The notes: generated by a model not told the origin, from the sequence alone. A stretch of DNA of 44,853 nucleotides from Candidatus Saccharimonadota bacterium (GCA_016178135.1 JACOTW010000010.1:1-44853), one strand, 5' to 3'. Counted from the stretch's first letter, positions 31,189 to 41,572 are shown. Made by a program: numbers and translations.

Positions 31189-31715
31189 TCTTCTATATCC
31201 GTAGTGTGTGCGTGTGCCGCAACGGTTCTGTCGGCAATCGTGTCAAGTAACGAAAGGTCAGGCACAAAATCATCAAGCAACCTAATAGTGCGTAGGGTCG
31301 TGTAATTGCCATGGCAGATTTTACGATATATTTGTTCCTTGAGAAAAGGAGCTGGTCTAAGTATAGAATACATCGGGTTTAGACGCTCGAGTCTGTATTC
31401 ATGACGCTCACAAGTATAGTCGACCAATTCTCTCATAGCCCATAAAGATTCCTGAAAACGATCTTCCATAGTCAACTTATGTTTTCGGTATTCAGGCTCT
31501 TGGGCTATACGAATAACCCTAACAATGCCGTGAATCATCATACGCTCCGCTGTTGTAATAATATCGCCGGCAGTGCTTTCATTATTTTCAAGTCTATGTA
31601 TATTTACCATATCTTCAGGAAATTGAACGATTGCTAAGCCGGCGCAATAACGTATGTATGCTTCGCTACCCTCGCTAAAGTCTTCGGGCGTCAAATATTC
31701 GGCAGCTGGCATCAC
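31185..31715 (-). CDS. Hypothetical protein
   Basis: 176-aa ORF overlapping the uvrA stop. Confidence 0.55.
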   Translation of the reverse strand: MMPAAEYLTPEDFSEGSEAYIRYCAGLAIVQFPEDMVNIHRLENNESTAGDIITTAERMMIHGIVRVIRIAQEPEYRKHKLTMEDRFQESLWAMRELVDYTCERHEYRLERLNPMYSILRPAPFLKEQIYRKICHGNYTTLRTIRLLDDFVPDLSLLDTIADRTVAAHAHTTDIED

Positions 31716-34522
31716 AAAACCTTCTTTAGAAAATTACCAGTAAAGGAACTGTTGATTTTTGCTACTTGTTCCGGTGTACCTTCGGCGATAATTTGACCAC
31801 CTTTCGCACCACCCTCTGGACCCATATCAATCAAATAATCGGCAGACTTTATGACATCGATATTATGCTCAATAATAATCATACTGTTGCCGGCATCAAC
31901 TAAAGCATGTAAAACATGTAGCAATTTATCAACATCTGCCATGTGCAGGCCAGTCGTTGGTTCGTCAAGTATGTAAAGGGTGCGCCCCGTGGGACGGCGC
32001 GACAATTCACTGGCCAGTTTAATACGCTGCGCCTCGCCACCGGAAAGCGTAGTAGCGGGTTGACCTAGTTTTATATAACCCAGACCAACGTCTACGAGTG
32101 TCTGAAGTCTACGAGAAACTGCCGGAATATTTACAAAAAACTCCAAGGCCTGTTCGCAAGTCATATCCAGTACATCACTAATCGTTTTACCTCTGTAATG
32201 TATCTCCAGAGCTTCACGATTATAGCGTTTACCATTACAAACCTCACAAGTTACATAAACATCCGGCAAAAAATGCATCTCAATCTTGATAATACCGTCG
32301 CCGGCGCAATTTTCACACCGTCCGCCCTTAACATTAAAACTAAATCGACCGGGGCTATAGCCCCGCAATTTAGATTCCGGAACTCCAGCGAATAATTCAC
32401 GAATAGTGGTAAATAAACCTGTGTAAGTTGCCGGGTTAGAACGTGGTGTACGGCCAATGGGCGATTGGTCGATAATTATAGCCTTATCAAGCTGTTTAAT
32501 ACCTTCGATTTCATCATGTCGACCAGGAACTTCATTGGCACGCATCAATCTAGCCGATAACTCTTTGGCCAAAATATCGTTAATTAAGCTGGATTTTCCA
32601 GAACCAGATACGCCACTAACCACAACAAGTTGGCCAAGTGGAATTTTAACGGTAATGTTTTTCAGATTATTTTCACGGGCACCTTTTATGACTAGCGATT
32701 GACCGTTGCCTAATCGACGCTTTTTTGGAGTAGCTATTTTCTTTGATCCTCTTAGATATTGTCCGGTGATACTTTTTTCATTTTTCGTTATATTATCAGG
32801 TGTACCAGCGGCAACAACTTCTCCACCATGTATACCTGCGCCTGGGCCAATATCAAGTACGTAATCGGCTGTCCTGATTGTTTCTTCGTCATGTTCAACC
32901 ACAATTACTGTATTGCCTAGATCTCTAAGATGTTTTAGGGTACTAATAAGTTTAGCGTTATCACGTTGATGCAGGCCAATTGACGGCTCGTCGAGCACAT
33001 AAAGAACCCCTTGTAATCCAGAACCAATTTGAGTAGCTAAACGAATACGTTGTGCCTCACCACCGGAAAGTGTTACCGCGCTACGCGCTAAACTTAAGTA
33101 ATTCAAGCCAACGTCTTGCATAAAAGTCAGGCGAGCTTTAACTTCTTTAAAAATCTGTTTAGCAATTTGTGATTCTTTTTCATTAAGTTGCAAGAGATCA
33201 AAAAAAGTTAAAGCATCATCAATAGACAATTCGCAAATATCCATGATTGATTGGCCGTCAATGGTAATCGCCAAAACCTCCGGCTTTAAGCGTCGACCGT
33301 GACAGGTATTGCAAGGACGCTCACGCATAAAACGCTCTATATCTCGGCGCATAAAGTCGCTTTCGGTTTCTTTATGGCGACGTTCCAAGTTCGGTATAAC
33401 TCCTTCGTAGGTTGTTTCAAAAGCACGACCACCACCCAGACTTACCCGATATTTCTGTATACCAGTACCGTATAAAATACGCTCTAAATCATCAGCTTTG
33501 AGCTCACCAGTTGGCACATGCAAACTAAATGAATATTCATCGGCTACGGCCTGCATTTTTTTCATATACCAAGCGTCGGCAGTAACTCGATTAAATGGCC
33601 TGATAGCACCCTCGGCTATAGTTAGCCGGCCGTTTGGAATTACTAACTCCGGATCAACCTCCATACGCGAACCTAAGCCAGTACAGATTGGACAAGCACC
33701 ATGTGGACTATTAAAACTAAAAGTTCGAGGCTCTAACTCTGGAATGGTTACATCTGGGTGATCAATACAGGCATACATCAGGCTATAGGCAAATTCGTCA
33801 TTACTATCGGCATTCAAGATTTTAAGCTTGCCGTCGGCAACATCAAATGCTTGCTCCACGCTCTGCGCCAAGCGTCCGCTGTTATCCTCATTATTGACTA
33901 TACGATCAACTACTATTTCTATATTGTGTTTATAGTTTTTATCAAGTACCGGAAATTCATCAAGTGCATACACCACGCCATCAACACGTGCCCTGGCAAA
34001 ACCGGCACGCATGTATTGTTCTGATATATGTTCAAAAGCACCTTTTTTGTCTATAACGATTGGGGCTAAAATCATTAGACGAGCACCATCTGTCAAGACT
34101 GACACCTGGTCAACAATAGCGCTGATGGTCTGACGTTCAACTGACTTTCCGCAAACTGAACAATGCGGTACACCTACACGAGCAAACAGTAAACGTAGGT
34201 AATCATATATTTCCGTGACAGTCGCCACTGTACTTCTAGGGTTTCGACTAGTCGATTTTTGATCAATAGATATAGCCGGACTAAGCCCGTCAATCTGATC
34301 CACGTCTGGTTTTTCCATTATACCCAAGAACTGTCTAGCATAAGAGCTAAGCGATTCAACGTATCGGCGCTGACCTTCGGCATAGATAGTGTCAAAAGCT
34401 AGGGATGATTTTCCGGAACCCGACAGGCCCGTAATAACAACCAGTTTACCGCGAGGAATAATAACATCAATATTTTTCAGGTTGTGCTCACGGGCACCTT
34501 TAACAATAATTTGGTCGCTCAT
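31712..34522 (-). CDS. uvrA: Excinuclease ABC subunit A
   Basis: GAREHNLKN, two Walker A motifs, two LSGGEAQRI signatures, Zn fingers. Confidence 0.98.
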   Translation of the reverse strand: MSDQIIVKGAREHNLKNIDVIIPRGKLVVITGLSGSGKSSLAFDTIYAEGQRRYVESLSSYARQFLGIMEKPDVDQIDGLSPAISIDQKSTSRNPRSTVATVTEIYDYLRLLFARVGVPHCSVCGKSVERQTISAIVDQVSVLTDGARLMILAPIVIDKKGAFEHISEQYMRAGFARARVDGVVYALDEFPVLDKNYKHNIEIVVDRIVNNEDNSGRLAQSVEQAFDVADGKLKILNADSNDEFAYSLMYACIDHPDVTIPELEPRTFSFNSPHGACPICTGLGSRMEVDPELVIPNGRLTIAEGAIRPFNRVTADAWYMKKMQAVADEYSFSLHVPTGELKADDLERILYGTGIQKYRVSLGGGRAFETTYEGVIPNLERRHKETESDFMRRDIERFMRERPCNTCHGRRLKPEVLAITIDGQSIMDICELSIDDALTFFDLLQLNEKESQIAKQIFKEVKARLTFMQDVGLNYLSLARSAVTLSGGEAQRIRLATQIGSGLQGVLYVLDEPSIGLHQRDNAKLISTLKHLRDLGNTVIVVEHDEETIRTADYVLDIGPGAGIHGGEVVAAGTPDNITKNEKSITGQYLRGSKKIATPKKRRLGNGQSLVIKGARENNLKNITVKIPLGQLVVVSGVSGSGKSSLINDILAKELSARLMRANEVPGRHDEIEGIKQLDKAIIIDQSPIGRTPRSNPATYTGLFTTIRELFAGVPESKLRGYSPGRFSFNVKGGRCENCAGDGIIKIEMHFLPDVYVTCEVCNGKRYNREALEIHYRGKTISDVLDMTCEQALEFFVNIPAVSRRLQTLVDVGLGYIKLGQPATTLSGGEAQRIKLASELSRRPTGRTLYILDEPTTGLHMADVDKLLHVLHALVDAGNSMIIIEHNIDVIKSADYLIDMGPEGGAKGGQIIAEGTPEQVAKINSSFTGNFLKKVL

Positions 34523-34608
34523 AAAAGTCGAGTAATTATACCCGAAAAACAGATAAAATTCCAGTGTACGTTTTGTAACCTTGTCAACTCAAAGCAGCAA
34601 AGCTCGTG

Positions 34609-35241
34609 TTAGAAAAAATACCTGAAGATATTAACTGTAATTTCCCCAAAAGCAATTACCAAACCAATACCTGCCACACCCACTACGCATCCGAACAAAA
34701 ACAACAAAGAATCGCTAAAAATTAACCCGAGAGCAACTACTACGGCACCAAGCGAAGGGATAGTATCAAGACCTGAAAATGGTGGCGCCAAAAAAGCACT
34801 AAGTGCTAAAGTAAAAAAAATAGCACCAGCCAAGCGCGTAAAATAAAAATTATTAATAAGCCCTCTCAAACGTGGTCTGGAAAACTTCTCAAACCATTGA
34901 ATTCGATCAATCATAAACGGTATAGTTTTTTTTTGAAACATTTCTCCAAACTCCTTTTTGCGCCAACTTTTAGGCAACCACAAGGTTTTCATACCAACAA
35001 TCATCTCTAAACTTAAAAGCATGACAATAAGTTCAAATACGTGAGTCACACCTCCTGTTGGCAATGGCAATGCTGGTATGAACATGAGAAACAAAATAGC
35101 TACAGCAAAACCGCGTTCTTCAAAAATCATCTCCAACGAACCCAGTGTTTTTTTGTCATTATTATCAAGCCACTCTTTAAATTGCTGGCTAAAAAGTTGC
35201 TTAGAGCCTATGCTAGGTAGTTTCTTGGGTGTTGAACTCAT
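34609..35241 (-). CDS. ExoD-like membrane protein
   Basis: FIPALPLPTGG..LWLPK..FSRPRL..PFSGLDTIP; start at MSSTPKK with TACACT 6 nt upstream. Confidence 0.78.
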   Translation of the reverse strand: MSSTPKKLPSIGSKQLFSQQFKEWLDNNDKKTLGSLEMIFEERGFAVAILFLMFIPALPLPTGGVTHVFELIVMLLSLEMIVGMKTLWLPKSWRKKEFGEMFQKKTIPFMIDRIQWFEKFSRPRLRGLINNFYFTRLAGAIFFTLALSAFLAPPFSGLDTIPSLGAVVVALGLIFSDSLLFLFGCVVGVAGIGLVIAFGEITVNIFRYFF

Positions 35242-35275
35242 AAGCCCAGTGTAACAAACAATGGTCAATAATATA

Positions 35276-35434
35276 CCGGACCTACCCAAAGCTCCCCCAT
35301 CCCCAGACCAATTCATCTCGGCTGGTAGCGGTCTGTCTTCTCTCGATGTAGCTATGGCTACCTCTCCTTCAGTCAAACCACTCCCAACTCGAGCTGATTT
35401 AGCCTGGGAACGGGCGATTTTGCGACAGGTCCAG
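35276..35434. mobile_element. Family A MITE (A2, 159-bp variant), intergenic
   Basis: TATA duplication 35272-35275/35435-35438; interior essentially identical to 29458-29615. Confidence 0.93.
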
Positions 35435-35451
35435 TATACGAAACACTCTAC

Positions 35452-36876
35452 CTATAGGATACTTTGGCCGTACAATTCAAGTTCTTCTAGCAAATAACGA
35501 GCATTATCGGATAGGTCGGTTCGTGTCCGCAACTCCTTTAAACGGGCAAAATAACGTGCTATCCAGCTTTCAGTATTGCCACCAAGCAGTTTATGCTCTT
35601 TGAATTTTTCCCAGATAGCTCGATCTTTATCATTCAAAACTTTTGGATAATTTCTAGCCTTGTAGAGTGGCAGAAGCGCACTCAATCGCTCATCGCTAAA
35701 CTCAACATCGAGCGTAGATAATTCGTTCGGCTTCGTCGTTCTTACCAAACGCATCTTGCTACGATCCTGATCATCAAAAAAACCGTCATACAGCCTAGCA
35801 TCCACATTACTTTCGTCTAGCAATGTTGAGGTTTGTTGTTCATCCAGAATTTTAAGAGCAGCTAGTAGATGTTCGGTAAAATCTGGCTGGCTAGTTAATT
35901 TTTTATAATTTTTCCGTATTTGATCGAGCGGTAATTCCAGACGCAACTGACTGGCTTCATCTAAAACACTTAACGGAGCAACGGCCGGACAATGATTAAA
36001 CTGCAATGTTTTGACGGGTAGTCGCACGCCTGGATCATCGGCTCGACGACGCCAAGCTTCAGTCAAAGCTTTCGGGGTGAGTCCGAAGAATTCTTCTGGA
36101 TCATAGCGCAAATCATACACTAACATTCCTTGTCTGGCTGGATGTTTGGCTATGATCGCCCCCGCTGTGGTTTTTTCAAATTCACCCTGATATTTGCCAG
36201 AGGTATACAAAAACAATTGATTGGTATTAATGAATTCAGCAACTTTCTTTTTTTCGCGCAGAGTAAGTAGAAAATCGAAGAGCTTCGGCTGCTTGGCACG
36301 AATCAACTTGGCAACGGCAATCGAAGCATTAACATCGCTAAGAGCATCATGAGCATTGGAATGGTCAAGTTTATTGGCAATCGTTAAAAGTTCTAGGCGA
36401 TTTGATGGCTGACCATTACTGTCAAATGGCCATTTAATACCTTCGGGGCGTAGTGCTCTAGTCATCCGTACTACATCCAACAAATCCCAACGAGACCTCC
36501 CATCCTGCCACTGCCATTCATATGGATCATAGAAATTTCGATAGTGCAAAAAACGCATGAATTCATCATCAAAACGAATAGTATTGAAACCTACGAATAT
36601 CGTGCCAGGTCGGGCGATATCCTGATGAAATAAACTCAAAAATTCAGCCTCACTAATACCATCGGCAAGAGTTTTTTGTGGCGTTATACCTGTCAGCAAA
36701 ATAGCATCTGGATCGGGTAATATGTCTTCAGTTAATCTAATATAGTAATTATGTGGCTCTTCGACTGGTTCCAGATCTAAGGTTGTTCGCTGGCCAGCAA
36801 ACTGCATGATGCGTGCTTCCCGCGGATTGAAACCAGTAGTCTCTAAATCATAGAAATAAAAAGTCGGTTGGCTCAT
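35452..36876 (-). CDS. sbcB: Exodeoxyribonuclease I
   Basis: FYDLETTG, RFDDEF, AHDALSDV (DEDDh); start at MSQPTF. Confidence 0.92.
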   Translation of the reverse strand: MSQPTFYFYDLETTGFNPREARIMQFAGQRTTLDLEPVEEPHNYYIRLTEDILPDPDAILLTGITPQKTLADGISEAEFLSLFHQDIARPGTIFVGFNTIRFDDEFMRFLHYRNFYDPYEWQWQDGRSRWDLLDVVRMTRALRPEGIKWPFDSNGQPSNRLELLTIANKLDHSNAHDALSDVNASIAVAKLIRAKQPKLFDFLLTLREKKKVAEFINTNQLFLYTSGKYQGEFEKTTAGAIIAKHPARQGMLVYDLRYDPEEFFGLTPKALTEAWRRRADDPGVRLPVKTLQFNHCPAVAPLSVLDEASQLRLELPLDQIRKNYKKLTSQPDFTEHLLAALKILDEQQTSTLLDESNVDARLYDGFFDDQDRSKMRLVRTTKPNELSTLDVEFSDERLSALLPLYKARNYPKVLNDKDRAIWEKFKEHKLLGGNTESWIARYFARLKELRTRTDLSDNARYLLEELELYGQSIL

Positions 36877-36888
36877 AGAGCTAATAGT

Positions 36889-36959
36889 ACACGATTTTCG
36901 CACTTTTCCATTGACCTTTGGTCACACCAAGAAACAATGAAAAAGTGCAAAACTCGTGT
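36889..36959. repeat. Family D hairpin (25-bp arms, 22/25 match) between obgE and sbcB
   Basis: ACACGATTTTCGCACTTTTCCATTG ... CAATGAAAAAGTGCAAAACTCGTGT. Confidence 0.75.
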
Positions 36960-36972
36960 TATTTTGTGTAAA

Positions 36973-37065
36973 CTGGACCTGTTGCAAAATCCCTCGTTCC
37001 CAAAGCGAATCAGCTCGAGCCGAGATTAGTCGGTCTGGAGATGGGGGAGCTTTGCGTCAGTCCAG
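36973..37065. mobile_element. Internally deleted family A MITE (93 bp) supplying the obgE C-terminus and stop
   Basis: Both termini present; TAAA duplication 36969-36972/37066-37069. Confidence 0.9.
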
Positions 37066-38486
37066 TAAAACTCAATTTCTCCTAAGGATGGATTGCCAAA
37101 AATAATTTTGTCGTCTGTTTTTATACCTTGGCGAGTGAGCTCATGCATAATGCCCATTTTTTTCATAATATCACGTAGGCGCCGTACACCAGCCGAATTA
37201 GCAAAATCAGTTCTAGCGGCAAAACGTTCAATTTTTTTGCCGGTAATCTCATAACCTCGACTGATTTTTTTAACATGCCAAGCTTCTTCATTCTCAATCG
37301 TTAAAATTGGCAATGAACTGACCTCGTTAACCTCGTCAGGTTGTTTGGCGCGCTCCGTATCAACAATAGTTTTTAGCTTATACAATAATTCAGATATATT
37401 TTGTTTGCTCTGTGAAGATATAGCTACTACAGACACACCTTTGGGAAGAGCTTTTTTAAGTGTTTTGATATGATTAGCGACTATTTTGTCGTCAAGACCT
37501 TCAATTTTGGTCAATGCCACTATTCGTGGACGCTTTGATAAATCTATCTTGTAGGCTTTTAGCTCGCCTTCAACTATCTTGAACGATTCTACAATATCTT
37601 CATCATAAACGTCTATCAACTGTAGGAGCACGCCAGTTCGTTCCACGTGTCGTAAAAACTCGTCGCCCAGCCCTTTGCCTTGACTCGCCCCTTCTATGAG
37701 TCCCGGGATATCGGCAATCAATAGACTAGACTTATCGTCAATATCCACTACTCCTAGATTTGGAGTAAGTGTAGTGAATGGGTAGTTAGCAATTTCTGGC
37801 TTGGCATTACTAACGCTGGCCAAAAGAGTAGATTTACCGGCATTTGGTAGACCGATCAATCCAACATCGGCAATCATTTTCAGTTCTAATGTTACGGAAA
37901 ACTCCTGGCCCTTTTCGCCCTTTTCTGCTACTTGTGGTGCTTGACGAGTAGACGAAACAAAATGAGCGTTGCCAAATCCGCCCTTGCCACCCTTGGCCAA
38001 AATAACTTCTTGACCATCAACTGTCAAATCGGCCAATAGTTGGGCGTGTTCGTTTAAACTCGACTTACGCGAAATCTCTCGTTCTCGGTGTAAATCAGCT
38101 CCAACTAAGTCTGTTTTATCTGAAGAACTGTTAGCATTCGAGATTATTTGGTCTGGGGATGGGGGAGCTTTGCGTAAATCCAGTTTAGGTGATTTGAGCA
38201 TAACCGTCGTACCAACAGGTACCGCCACTCGCGTATCAGTGCCACTTCTACCATGTTTTTTTCTTTTGTCGCCAGGTTTGCCAGATTGAGCAATTAACTC
38301 TCTTTGATAACGAAAATTGGCAAGTGTGTTTTGATTGCGACTGGCTACGAATATGATATCGCCACCATCGCCACCATCGCCACCATCCGGTCCACCTAGA
38401 CGGATATATTTTTCATGACGAAAACTAACCCGCCCATCGCCACCACTACCGGCCTTTAATGTAACTTCTGCTTTATCCACAAACAT
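37026..38486 (-). CDS. obgE: GTPase ObgE/CgtA with internal MITE-derived insertion and MITE-derived C-terminus
   Basis: MFVDKA..GGPDGGDGG, GLPNAGKST, YPFTTL, DIPG, TKIE. Confidence 0.97.
   Translation of the reverse strand: MFVDKAEVTLKAGSGGDGRVSFRHEKYIRLGGPDGGDGGDGGDIIFVASRNQNTLANFRYQRELIAQSGKPGDKRKKHGRSGTDTRVAVPVGTTVMLKSPKLDLRKAPPSPDQIISNANSSSDKTDLVGADLHREREISRKSSLNEHAQLLADLTVDGQEVILAKGGKGGFGNAHFVSSTRQAPQVAEKGEKGQEFSVTLELKMIADVGLIGLPNAGKSTLLASVSNAKPEIANYPFTTLTPNLGVVDIDDKSSLLIADIPGLIEGASQGKGLGDEFLRHVERTGVLLQLIDVYDEDIVESFKIVEGELKAYKIDLSKRPRIVALTKIEGLDDKIVANHIKTLKKALPKGVSVVAISSQSKQNISELLYKLKTIVDTERAKQPDEVNEVSSLPILTIENEEAWHVKKISRGYEITGKKIERFAARTDFANSAGVRRLRDIMKKMGIMHELTRQGIKTDDKIIFGNPSLGEIEFYWTDAKLPHLQTD
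38059..38183. mobile_element. Family A MITE remnant (125 bp, 33 bp shorter than full length) in-frame in obgE
   Basis: CTCGACTTACGCGAAA ... TTTGCGTAAATCCAG; encodes LDLRKAPPSPDQ...EISRKSS. Confidence 0.88.
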
Positions 38487-38535
38487 ATATACCTAGAATA
38501 CAGGGGTTAGGTCAACTAGTCCAGACTGGACCCGT

Positions 38536-39651
38536 CTAGCGATAAATGTAGCGTGGAAAACGAGACACAGGAACCCAGTCGCTATAACCAACCCTGCCCC
38601 AGCCAGCCAGACCATTCATATCAGAATATTTTATCTGGGAACCATCGGGAGAAACTGCCTCCACAACCCCAACATGTCCGGCATAACCAGCGTCAGTCTG
38701 TAAAATAGCACCCTGTACAGGCGCAGTACTTACTGTCCACCCACTTATACGAGCCACATTATCCCAGGTATTGGCATTACCCCAGTTGGACGGCACAGCA
38801 ATCTTAGAAGCAACATACCAAGTACAAAAGCCATAAGCATAAGCGTTATGTCCATAAATAGCCGACGAACCAAAAGAAAAACCAACCAAATAATTTGACG
38901 CAACACGCGTCGTGGCTATAGTGCCATCAGGAATTACAATTTTATCGCCAACTATTAGGCCACTCACTTCAGCATCATTTATTGCAATTAACGCGTCTTT
39001 GTTAGCGCTATATTTTCGGGCAAGACTATCCGGAGTATCGCCAGCTTTGACCACATAAACAATACCGTTGACGGGGGGTATATTAAGCTCTTTGGCTTCG
39101 GGTACATTATTGCCGTTTAAATCGTTAGACCACCTAATACTATCCGAAGTTACGCCAAATTTAGCAGCTATACTACCAACGTTATCGCCAGCAACCACCG
39201 TGTATGTCTGAATGTCTTTTTTGGATTTAAGCGCCGTAGCTACAACCTGTGGCTTAGATATAACTTGTTCGTCAGATGAGGCGAAACTTAACTGGGCGTT
39301 AACCGAATCAGCCTGCTCACCAACCGACGGCGCTTCAAATAAATTAGCTAATCTAGCAGCCTGCACCGCGATATCAGCCGAAGATATTTGATCTAAGGGG
39401 TTGGCGGCGGCAAATTCCGAATCATTAGCCAACGCGCTCTGACGAATACTTTCGCCAGAACTTGGATTTCTAACCACAAAACTAATTACCCCTATCAACA
39501 AGGCAATATTAGCAGTTAACAGACCGTAACGAATAATGCGTTTACGGGATTTATTATAAGCTCGGCGTAAAATACGCCGACTAACTTTTGGTAAACCTAA
39601 CCGCTGCGAAAGCGATCCAGTGATGATACGAATAAATGCTCCGTCCCACAT
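38536..39651 (-). CDS. LysM x2 plus CHAP peptidoglycan hydrolase
   Basis: YTVVAGD..IAAKFGV, YVVKAGDT, YAYGFCTWYV..WGNANTW..GHVGVVE. Confidence 0.9.
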   Translation of the reverse strand: MWDGAFIRIITGSLSQRLGLPKVSRRILRRAYNKSRKRIIRYGLLTANIALLIGVISFVVRNPSSGESIRQSALANDSEFAAANPLDQISSADIAVQAARLANLFEAPSVGEQADSVNAQLSFASSDEQVISKPQVVATALKSKKDIQTYTVVAGDNVGSIAAKFGVTSDSIRWSNDLNGNNVPEAKELNIPPVNGIVYVVKAGDTPDSLARKYSANKDALIAINDAEVSGLIVGDKIVIPDGTIATTRVASNYLVGFSFGSSAIYGHNAYAYGFCTWYVASKIAVPSNWGNANTWDNVARISGWTVSTAPVQGAILQTDAGYAGHVGVVEAVSPDGSQIKYSDMNGLAGWGRVGYSDWVPVSRFPRYIYR

Positions 39652-39789
39652 GTGTGGGATACACCTGAAGGGTTAGTTCTTATTATTTACAGGACAGTTC
39701 GACCAATCCTGATTATTACTTTACGCCTTAGGGTAACAACCCGCGTATGCCCGACTCAAAAGAGACGCCAAAGGGGAAGTTACCGGAAA

Positions 39790-39818
39790 ATTATAGCAAA
39801 ATAACCGCTGGAAGGCAA
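39790..39818 (-). promoter_or_regulatory. Sigma70 promoter for the LysM-CHAP gene
   Basis: Minus strand TTGCCT-17bp-TATAAT with extended TG. Confidence 0.6.
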
Positions 39819-39843
39819 TCTTTTTTACAGCTATTTATCCCCG

Positions 39844-40875
39844 TTAAGAGCATAGTTTTTTACAGTGCTTGACAGTTAGGGCTTCGTGTTCGGCTAGGGT
39901 ACGCGAAAAATATGTGATGCCGTCATCCCCTGCAACAAAATATAAATAATCGGTATTGCTGGGATTTGCCACTGCCGTAAGCGACGCCAAACTTACATTA
40001 CTAATTGGGCCTGGAGTTAATCCGACATGCAGATGAGTATTAAATGGCGAGTCATAAGTAAGTGAGGCATCTTTACCAGCAATTATTGAACCATAGAAAG
40101 CCGTAACGTCCGAGCCAAGCATCATGCCTTCTCGAAATCTCTTAATAAAGACCTGTGCTACAGTTGGCTTATCTTTGGGGTTATTAACCTCTTGATCGAC
40201 TATTGATGCTAGTATAACTCCTTCGTGAACAGTCAGGCCCTGCTTAATAATTCCAGCCCTTAGTTCAGGGGTCAAGTGTTTATTCATTTCATCCAACGAA
40301 GCTCGAATAATCGTTTCCACCTTGGTGCTATTTGTTTTCTGGAATGATTCCGGATATAAATAACCTTCTAGTGAAGCTTCTTTGGGTTTATTCGCCAGTG
40401 CTGGATGATCCAAATAAAGTGCAGGATTAAGTGCCAGGTCAACATTAGTCGCTGTAAATCCAGAATTAATTAGTGCTTGGCGAATCTGATCTAGGCGTTG
40501 ACCTGGCAAGATAGTTACCAGATCCGTTTTTATTTTGCCTTGAGAAATAATCGCCACAATCTCCTGAACGCTTTGATTGGATCGAAGCAAATATGTTCCA
40601 GCTTGTAACTTGTCGCGGATATTTTGAAAACGAACATACCATTCAAAGGCCCAGGTAGATTTAATAAGACCCTTGTCTTGAAGAATAGTGCCAATTTCTT
40701 TTATTCCAGTTCCAGATGGTATGGTGATCTGCTGAACGTGCTGGGAAGCATTCACCGGTTTCAGGTTTTCCAAATAAATATGTCGCGTTGCAAAAATTGC
40801 CCCGCCAAGTAAAACTACTAGGGTCAAGACAATAACTACTAGTGGTCTAAGCCATCGTTGACTAGATTTACGCAC
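39844..40875 (-). CDS. mltG: Endolytic transglycosylase MltG
   Basis: LQAGTY, LEGYLYPESF, LASIVDQE, SPFNT..GLTPGPISN, YLYFVA. Confidence 0.92.
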   Translation of the reverse strand: MRKSSQRWLRPLVVIVLTLVVLLGGAIFATRHIYLENLKPVNASQHVQQITIPSGTGIKEIGTILQDKGLIKSTWAFEWYVRFQNIRDKLQAGTYLLRSNQSVQEIVAIISQGKIKTDLVTILPGQRLDQIRQALINSGFTATNVDLALNPALYLDHPALANKPKEASLEGYLYPESFQKTNSTKVETIIRASLDEMNKHLTPELRAGIIKQGLTVHEGVILASIVDQEVNNPKDKPTVAQVFIKRFREGMMLGSDVTAFYGSIIAGKDASLTYDSPFNTHLHVGLTPGPISNVSLASLTAVANPSNTDYLYFVAGDDGITYFSRTLAEHEALTVKHCKKLCS

Positions 40876-40969
40876 AAATCCCTCTTTTCCGAAGCAAATC
40901 AGCTTGACACCAGTTTCGCAAAATCGTCCATTCCCAGAGTGAATTATCTCGAGCGAAAACTGTTTTCCC
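40862..40969. mobile_element. Two degenerate partial family A ends
   Basis: CTAGATTTACGCACAAATCCCTC.. and CGCAAAATCGTCCATTCCCAGAGTGAATTATCTCGAGCGAAAACTGTTTT. Confidence 0.7.
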
Positions 40970-41572
40970 TAAACTGGACTTACGCAAAATCGCCCGTTCC
41001 CAGGCTAAATCAGCTCGAGTTGGGAGTGGTTTGGCTGAAGGAGAGGGAGTCGTAGCTACATCGAGAGAAGGCAGACCGCTATCAGCCGAGATTAGTTGGT
41101 CTGGGGATGGGGGAGCTTTGCGTAAGTCCAGTAAAGTAATATAGCCCCCGCAAAACAAATTCGGGGGTTTTGGAGCCGATGATCTTCGAGTCAAAAACTG
41201 GCTTTTCCGAGGGAAGCATATCATTAGATAAGGTGAGTGAGGAAAGACAGCTTTTGGTTCGGCCTTTAGAGAGGTCAGTGCTTCGTCTTGTAAGTAAATG
41301 TCTTTTTGAGTTTTTTGGCCCAAATTTTCGGCAAACTTTCGCACAATTTTTGTTTGGCCGGTATCTTGCCCGTCCAGGCCTCGTGGTAGCCCAACAATAA
41401 TAGTTTGCACTTGTTCTTTTACGCACAATTCTTCCAGATAGTCCCAAATTTTTTCATCATTTAATACCGTGTCATAGGGATGTGCCAAACGAGCCACGCT
41501 ACTAGCAATAGCCACTCCAATACGTACATTGCCAATATCAAGGGCCACAAATTTATGGATTGCTGGTGCCAT
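40868..41572 (-). CDS. ruvX: RuvX/YqgF with its C-terminus replaced by MITE-derived sequence (possibly non-functional)
   Basis: ALDIGNVRIGVA, IIVGLP, QDEALTS; then family B and A peptides. Confidence 0.8.
   Translation of the reverse strand: MAPAIHKFVALDIGNVRIGVAIASSVARLAHPYDTVLNDEKIWDYLEELCVKEQVQTIIVGLPRGLDGQDTGQTKIVRKFAENLGQKTQKDIYLQDEALTSLKAEPKAVFPHSPYLMICFPRKSQFLTRRSSAPKPPNLFCGGYITLLDLRKAPPSPDQLISADSGLPSLDVATTPSPSAKPLPTRADLAWERAILRKSSLGKTVFARDNSLWEWTILRNWCQADLLRKRGICA
40974..41131. mobile_element. Family A MITE (A2, 158 bp) in-frame in the ruvX ORF
   Basis: Perfect 15-bp terminal repeats; TAAA duplication 40970-40973/41132-41135. Confidence 0.93.
41140..41258. mobile_element. Diverged partial family B MITE read in-frame in ruvX
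   Basis: TATAGCCCCCGCAAAACAAATTCGGGGG...; encodes PKAVFPHSPYL...NLFCGGY. Confidence 0.85.

Noticed and set aside
35242-35376. N-terminal extension of the ExoD-like ORF
   Set aside because: Derived from the family A element; a better start exists at 35241 with a -10 box just upstream.
26976-38183. Interpreting the in-frame inserts as inteins or group I/II introns
   Set aside because: Too short, with no C-terminal His-Asn or other intein motifs and no recognisable intron core; the same sequence also occurs between genes.
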